Source: Archangiaceae bacterium
GTDB taxonomy: Bacteria; Myxococcota; Myxococcia; Myxococcales; Myxococcaceae
Direction of reading: 5' to 3'
DNA: 22,700 nt
Assembly: GCA_043750125.1 (NCBI GenBank)
Contig: JAYVCD010000001.1
Span: 1-22,700, forward strand
The notes under the pieces were generated by a model, which searched no databases, was not told the DNA's origin, and saw only the letters and a list, made by a program, of their open reading frames with translations. Below, piece by piece: positions 16,313 to 22,700 of the stretch; the first letter of the stretch is position 1, and each line of letters begins with the position of its first letter. The position numbers were made by a program, and so were the translations under genes.

Positions 16313-16487
16313 GCGCGCGGGTGACAAAGCCAAAGTGAGCGTTCTGGTCCGGGTGCCGCCAGCCGACGCCTTCGACGTCTTCACCCGGGAAAGCGCGCTG
16401 CCCGACGATCATCCGGTGCGTCACGGGGTGGTGGGCGCCGCGTTCGCCCAGCGCATGGGGCTGTACGTGTTGTCCCGCGGGGGCTGA
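16311..16487 (+). pseudogene. Internally deleted SRPBCC/AHSA1-like gene remnant
   Basis: Manual translation LRAGDKAKVSVLVRVPPADAFDVFTRE|SALPDDHPVRHGVVGAAFAQRMGLYVLSRGG*. The first half looks like the SRPBCC first strand and helix, the second half like the pre-C-terminal helix region. The central sheet is missing, and there is an in-frame TAA at 16308-16310 with no start codon before the conserved part. Confidence 0.6.
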
Positions 16488-16495
16488 GCAAACAG

Positions 16496-16529
16496 AAAAA
16501 CGGGCGCCTTCCGTGGGGGAAGACGCCCG
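16496..16529 (-). terminator. Rho-independent terminator of the repeat-protein gene
   Basis: Minus strand CGGGCGTCTTCC-CCCAC-GGAAGGCGCCCG-TTTTT: 12-bp stem with one G-U pair, 5-nt loop and a U-tract, 30 bp after the stop at 16560. Confidence 0.85.
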
Positions 16530-16559
16530 AATTCCTGTTTTCGAATTTCTACAAATCGC

Positions 16560-18731
16560 TTAGCGCGGGAGGTTGCTGATCAGCGACTTCTTCATTTCAT
16601 GCGCGTTCGCCATGACCTTGCTCATCATTTCGTACATCCGGTTGTACTTGCCGAGGTTCTTCTGGAACTCGGCGATTTCCGCTTCGCTCGCGTTCTTCCC
16701 GGGGAAGGGCGGCTCTTCCAGCGCGCCGAGGGCGGCGGCGGCCTTGTCCTCGATGGTGCCCGTCGCCTGAATCTGGGGGCTGGTGGTCGGGGCGGGCGTC
16801 GTGTTGCCGCTGGGGGGCGTCGCGGTTCCGCTCGGAGGAGCCGGGGTGGAGGTCGCGGGACCTGAGCTGCCGGCCTGCGTTCCAGGAATCTGGGCCTTCA
16901 GCGCATCGAAGAACTTCTGCAGCGCGGCCAGGAACTTGGTCAGTTCAGCCTGGGTGGCGTCCATTCCGGGGAAAGCCGGCGGAGTCAAACCACCCGGCAA
17001 CGCCGGCTGATCAATGGTCGCGTTGGGCGTCGAGCCGATGTTCGACATGTCCGTCACCAGCTTGTCGAACTGCGCGAGGGTGCCGACCGAGTCCGACCCC
17101 TTCGCGCGGGCCGCCAGCGCCGCCTTCTCGTACATCGCGAACGCCGCCTTGGCGTCCGGCGTCAGCAGTTGCTGGTTCTCGGCGACGAACTTGGCGAGGT
17201 CCTCGAACTCTTTGCCGGCCGAGTTGCCATCGAGATCCCGCGCGCCCTTGCTGACTGCTTCCGCCAGCTGCTTGGCGGTGATCGAGTTGGGGCTGGTGTT
17301 GGCGGCGGCGAGCTTGTTGAGCTCATCACCCATGCCTGCGTCCTGGTATTTCGGCAGGCCCGCGGCTTCCATTTCCTTCACCATCTTGTTGAAAACCGGA
17401 GTCGGGATCCCCGTCTCGCCCGCGGCGCGCGCGGCCTTGGCCGCCTTCTCGTAGACCGCGAAGGCCGCCTTCGCCTCAGGAGAAAGCTTGCCCTCGTTCT
17501 TCTTCACGAAGTCGGCGATCTGCTTGAACTCCTGCCCGGCGGCCTGACCATCGAGGTCCTCGGTGCCGGCCTTGATCGCGGCCGCCATTTCCTTTCCGGA
17601 AATCGAGCCCGGGCCCGGGTTCGCAGCGCCGAGCTCCTGCATCGCCTTCGCGGCGCTCACGTCCGTTTGCGGAGCTGCGGGACCTACGACCGGGGGCTTC
17701 ACCCCGACGTTGCCCATGTCTTTGACGAGCTTGTCGAACTGGGCGAGCGTTCCCACCGAGGTCGAGCCGCTCTTGTTGGCCGCGAGAGCTGCCTTCTCGT
17801 ACATCGCGTACGCCTTCTGCGCGTCGGGCGACAACAGCTGGTTGTTCTCTTTGACGAACTTCTGGAGGTCCTTGAATTCCTTCCCGGCCGATTGCCCGTC
17901 GAGATCGCGAGCCCCCTTGCTGACGGCCTCAGCGAGCTCCTTGGCCGAGATCGAGCCGGGCTTGGTGTTCTTCGAGGCCAGGTCCTTCAGCGAATCACCC
18001 ATGCTCTGGTCCGCAAAGACCGGGGCGCCGGCTTTCGCCATGTCGCGCACCATTCGGTTGTAGGAGCTCTGGTCGATGCCGGTCTGGCCCTTGGCCTGCG
18101 CTGCTTTCGCTGCTTTCTCGTAGACCCCAAACGCCTTCTTCGCTTCCGGAGAGAGCTTGGTCTCGTTCTCGCGGACGAACTTCGCGATGTCTTTGTATTC
18201 CTTCCCCGCCGCCTGGTTGTCCTTGTCCGCGGTGCCCTTGATGATCGCGTCGGTCATTTCCTTCCCCGAGATCGAACCGTCTTTCGGGTTGTTCTTCAGC
18301 AGCTCTTTCATCGCCTCGCCCGCGCTCACGTCGCTGGCGGCGGGCTTGGCAGCCACGTTCATCGCCTGGGTCATCTTCGCGTAGGCGCGGGTGTCGATTC
18401 CGGTCTGGCCGTTGGCCTTCGCGAGCTCGACCTGCTTCTTGTAGACATCAAAGACCTTCTTCGCTTCCGGCGAGAGCTTCGGGCCGTTGCCGTCGACGAA
18501 CTTCTTGATGACTGCGTATTCCTTCCCCGCCGCCTGGTTGTCCTTGTCTTCGGTGCCCTTGAGGATCGCGTCCGCCATTTCCTGACCCGAGATCGACCCG
18601 GGCTTGGTGTTGTTCTTCGCGAGATCCTTCATTGCCGCGGTGGCGCCTGCGTCCTTGGGGGCAAAGAGGCCTCCGAGCAGTTTGGCGGCGGTCGGGTTCA
18701 GCGTGGGCAGCGTCAGTTTCGGGATGGCCAT
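16560..18731 (-). CDS. Hypothetical 723-aa protein with five ~107-aa helical repeats and a C-terminal helix resembling T3SS needle/rod subunits
   Basis: Start reassigned to ATG 18731 (GAGGGG RBS, MAIPKLTLPT). Strong GC3 codon bias and its own terminator. No Sec signal, Cys or Trp. C-terminus AEFQKNLGKYNRMYEMMSKVMANAHEMKKSLISNLPR. Confidence 0.85.
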   Translation of the reverse strand: MAIPKLTLPTLNPTAAKLLGGLFAPKDAGATAAMKDLAKNNTKPGSISGQEMADAILKGTEDKDNQAAGKEYAVIKKFVDGNGPKLSPEAKKVFDVYKKQVELAKANGQTGIDTRAYAKMTQAMNVAAKPAASDVSAGEAMKELLKNNPKDGSISGKEMTDAIIKGTADKDNQAAGKEYKDIAKFVRENETKLSPEAKKAFGVYEKAAKAAQAKGQTGIDQSSYNRMVRDMAKAGAPVFADQSMGDSLKDLASKNTKPGSISAKELAEAVSKGARDLDGQSAGKEFKDLQKFVKENNQLLSPDAQKAYAMYEKAALAANKSGSTSVGTLAQFDKLVKDMGNVGVKPPVVGPAAPQTDVSAAKAMQELGAANPGPGSISGKEMAAAIKAGTEDLDGQAAGQEFKQIADFVKKNEGKLSPEAKAAFAVYEKAAKAARAAGETGIPTPVFNKMVKEMEAAGLPKYQDAGMGDELNKLAAANTSPNSITAKQLAEAVSKGARDLDGNSAGKEFEDLAKFVAENQQLLTPDAKAAFAMYEKAALAARAKGSDSVGTLAQFDKLVTDMSNIGSTPNATIDQPALPGGLTPPAFPGMDATQAELTKFLAALQKFFDALKAQIPGTQAGSSGPATSTPAPPSGTATPPSGNTTPAPTTSPQIQATGTIEDKAAAALGALEEPPFPGKNASEAEIAEFQKNLGKYNRMYEMMSKVMANAHEMKKSLISNLPR
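17034..18656 (-). repeat. Intragenic tandem repeat, 5 units of ~321 bp
   Basis: Protein consensus D..(A/M)...L...N...(G/N)SI(S/T)...(M/L)..A...G..D.D.(Q/N).AG.E(Y/F)....FV..N...L(S/T)P.A......Y.K. An identical 33-mer GTATTCCTTCCCCGCCGCCTGGTTGTCCTTGTC occurs at 18195-18227 and 18516-18548 (period 321 bp). Confidence 0.92.
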
Positions 18732-18913
18732 TTGTGTTTTCCCCTCAAGAAGGAGTGCGGTGTGTGAAAGGATTCTCGCGCCCCGGCACGGTGGTGTTGC
18801 CGCGCAGGTTGACCGAAACAGGAGGGTGGGAGGCGATCTTTTCGGGGGTTTGTGGACCCGGAAGCCAAGCGGGTCGGCGCCTGTGGCCTGCCAGTCCACA
18901 CTGCCCAGTCAGT

Positions 18914-20070
18914 CTACGTTTTGGACCACGGTTTGAGCCCGGACAGGCTCTCGCCGTCCCGCAGCACCTCTTCGACCTGGGTCCGCTCGCGGGCGCAGAA
19001 GCTCTCCACCGCCGCCTGGAACTTCGGCTGGTACACCCGATGGGCGCTGTGAATGGCGGTCGGGACAAACCCGCGAGATATCTTGTGTTCTCCGCCGGCG
19101 CCGGGCTCGAAGACCTTCAGCCCCCGCCCGATGCAGTCGTCGATCGAGTGGTAGAGGCAGACGTGAAAGTGAAGAAAGGGGTGCTCTTCGAAGCAGCCCC
19201 AATAGCGGCCGTAGAGTCGTTCGGAAGTCGAGAGGTTGAAGGCGCCGGCGATCATCTTTCCCCCGTGCTCGGCGACGACCAGCTCGACGCTTCCTTTCAA
19301 GGCGGCGAAGGCGCGCAGGAAGAACTCCTGGTTCAGCTGCACCTGGCCCCAGCCGTTCTTCGAGACCGTCGCTTCGTAGAACCGGTAGGCAATCGACGCG
19401 TGCTCGGGCCCGACTTCGTCGCCTCGAATGGTGCGCAGGTGAATCTGTTGTTTCGCCGCCGCGCCGCGCTCGTGCTTCAGCTGGTGGCGCCGCTTGGAAT
19501 CGAAGCGCGACAGGTAGTCGTCGTAGCTGCGGTAGCCGGGGTTCACCCAGTGGTACTGCATTCCCACCCGGCGGAACAAGCCCAGCTGCTGCAGCGCTTC
19601 GGCCTCGGCCAGCGGAGGGAAAATGACGTGCACCGAAGACAGCTTTTCCTTGCGGCCCAGCTCGAGCACTCCGTCGAGCAGGGCTTTGCGCACCACCTGC
19701 TCGTCTTCCCCCGGGGCGCAAAGAAACCGCCGGGCGGTCAGCGGCGAGAGCGGCACTCCGACCAGCAGCTTGGGGTAGTAGTCGATGCCGAAAGACTGCG
19801 CCGCATTGGCCCAGGCGAAGTCGTAGACGTACTCGCCCATGCTGTGGTGCTTGAGCCAGGCGGGAGCGGCGCCGATCAGCTTCTGGTCTTTCCAGAGCGT
19901 GAAGTGACAGGCTTCCCACCCCCGTCGTTTCGTCGCGCTGCCCGAAGACTCGAGGGCCTCGAGCCATTCCCACCGCAGCACCGGAGGGTCGAGCGGCCCC
20001 AGCAGCGCGTTCCACGCCTCGCGCGGAACCTGGGCGATGCCGTTGAAGACCTGAAGCTGAAGAGAAGAGC

Positions 20071-20074
<4 letters not shown>
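18914..20074 (-). CDS. GNAT-superfamily FemAB-like protein (DUF482 family), 386 aa
   Basis: Motifs WLEALESSGS, KHHSMGEYVYDFAWA, YYPKLLVGVPLSP, LYGRYWG, LHFHVCLYHSID and FEPGAGGEHKISRGFVP. TTG start overlaps the aminopeptidase TGA (TTGA). Confidence 0.9.
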
Positions 20075-22590
<2,516 letters not shown>

Positions 22591-22700
22591 GAGGGCGCGC
22601 AGAGTAGCGCCGCCTCGCACTTCCGATGTCCCTGATTGCGAATCACCCCTGCCGACCCATATGAGCCTTCGATGCTCTCGGTCGCCCTTGTCGGGCCCGT

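Noticed and set aside
16101-16424. 107-aa minus-strand ORF
   Set aside because: It overlaps the kinase 3' end, and the plus-strand SRPBCC-like remnant explains the region better.
18195-18548. Identical 33-bp direct repeats as a possible CRISPR array or mobile-element ends
   Set aside because: Only two exact copies, 321 bp apart and in frame within a protein repeat. No cas or transposase genes are present.
22661-22700. Possible start of a divergent plus-strand gene (ATG 22661 or 22672, MLSVALVGP)
   Set aside because: Too little sequence before the window edge to support a call.

Overview
High-GC bacterial window; gene content suggests Myxococcota, which is an inference. The left half (minus strand, 10831 to 492) is a tightly coupled five-gene operon that reads as a complete cytoplasm-to-surface electron conduit. 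Its order is: (1) an inner-membrane fusion of an atypical 2x Fe-S ferredoxin, a permuted TrxR/FNR-like FAD/NAD(P)H domain and a His-paired di-heme-b-like membrane domain; (2) a 20-heme exported cytochrome c; (3) a 10-heme exported cytochrome c; (4) a predicted outer-membrane beta-barrel; (5) a 29-heme lipoprotein cytochrome c. That gives 59 CxxCH motifs, counted by hand. A further gene runs off the left edge. The right half holds a DUF2252 kinase-like protein with an apparent signal peptide, a divergent double-kinase hybrid histidine kinase, a 723-aa protein of five ~107-aa repeats with a T3SS-needle-like C-terminus, a FemAB-like (DUF482) GNAT protein and an M1 aminopeptidase N. Two intergenic gaps contain collapsed gene remnants. 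Several ORF-track starts were corrected using stop/start overlaps and signal peptides. No rRNA, tRNA, CRISPR array or mobile element was seen. All family calls come from motif reading, not database searches.
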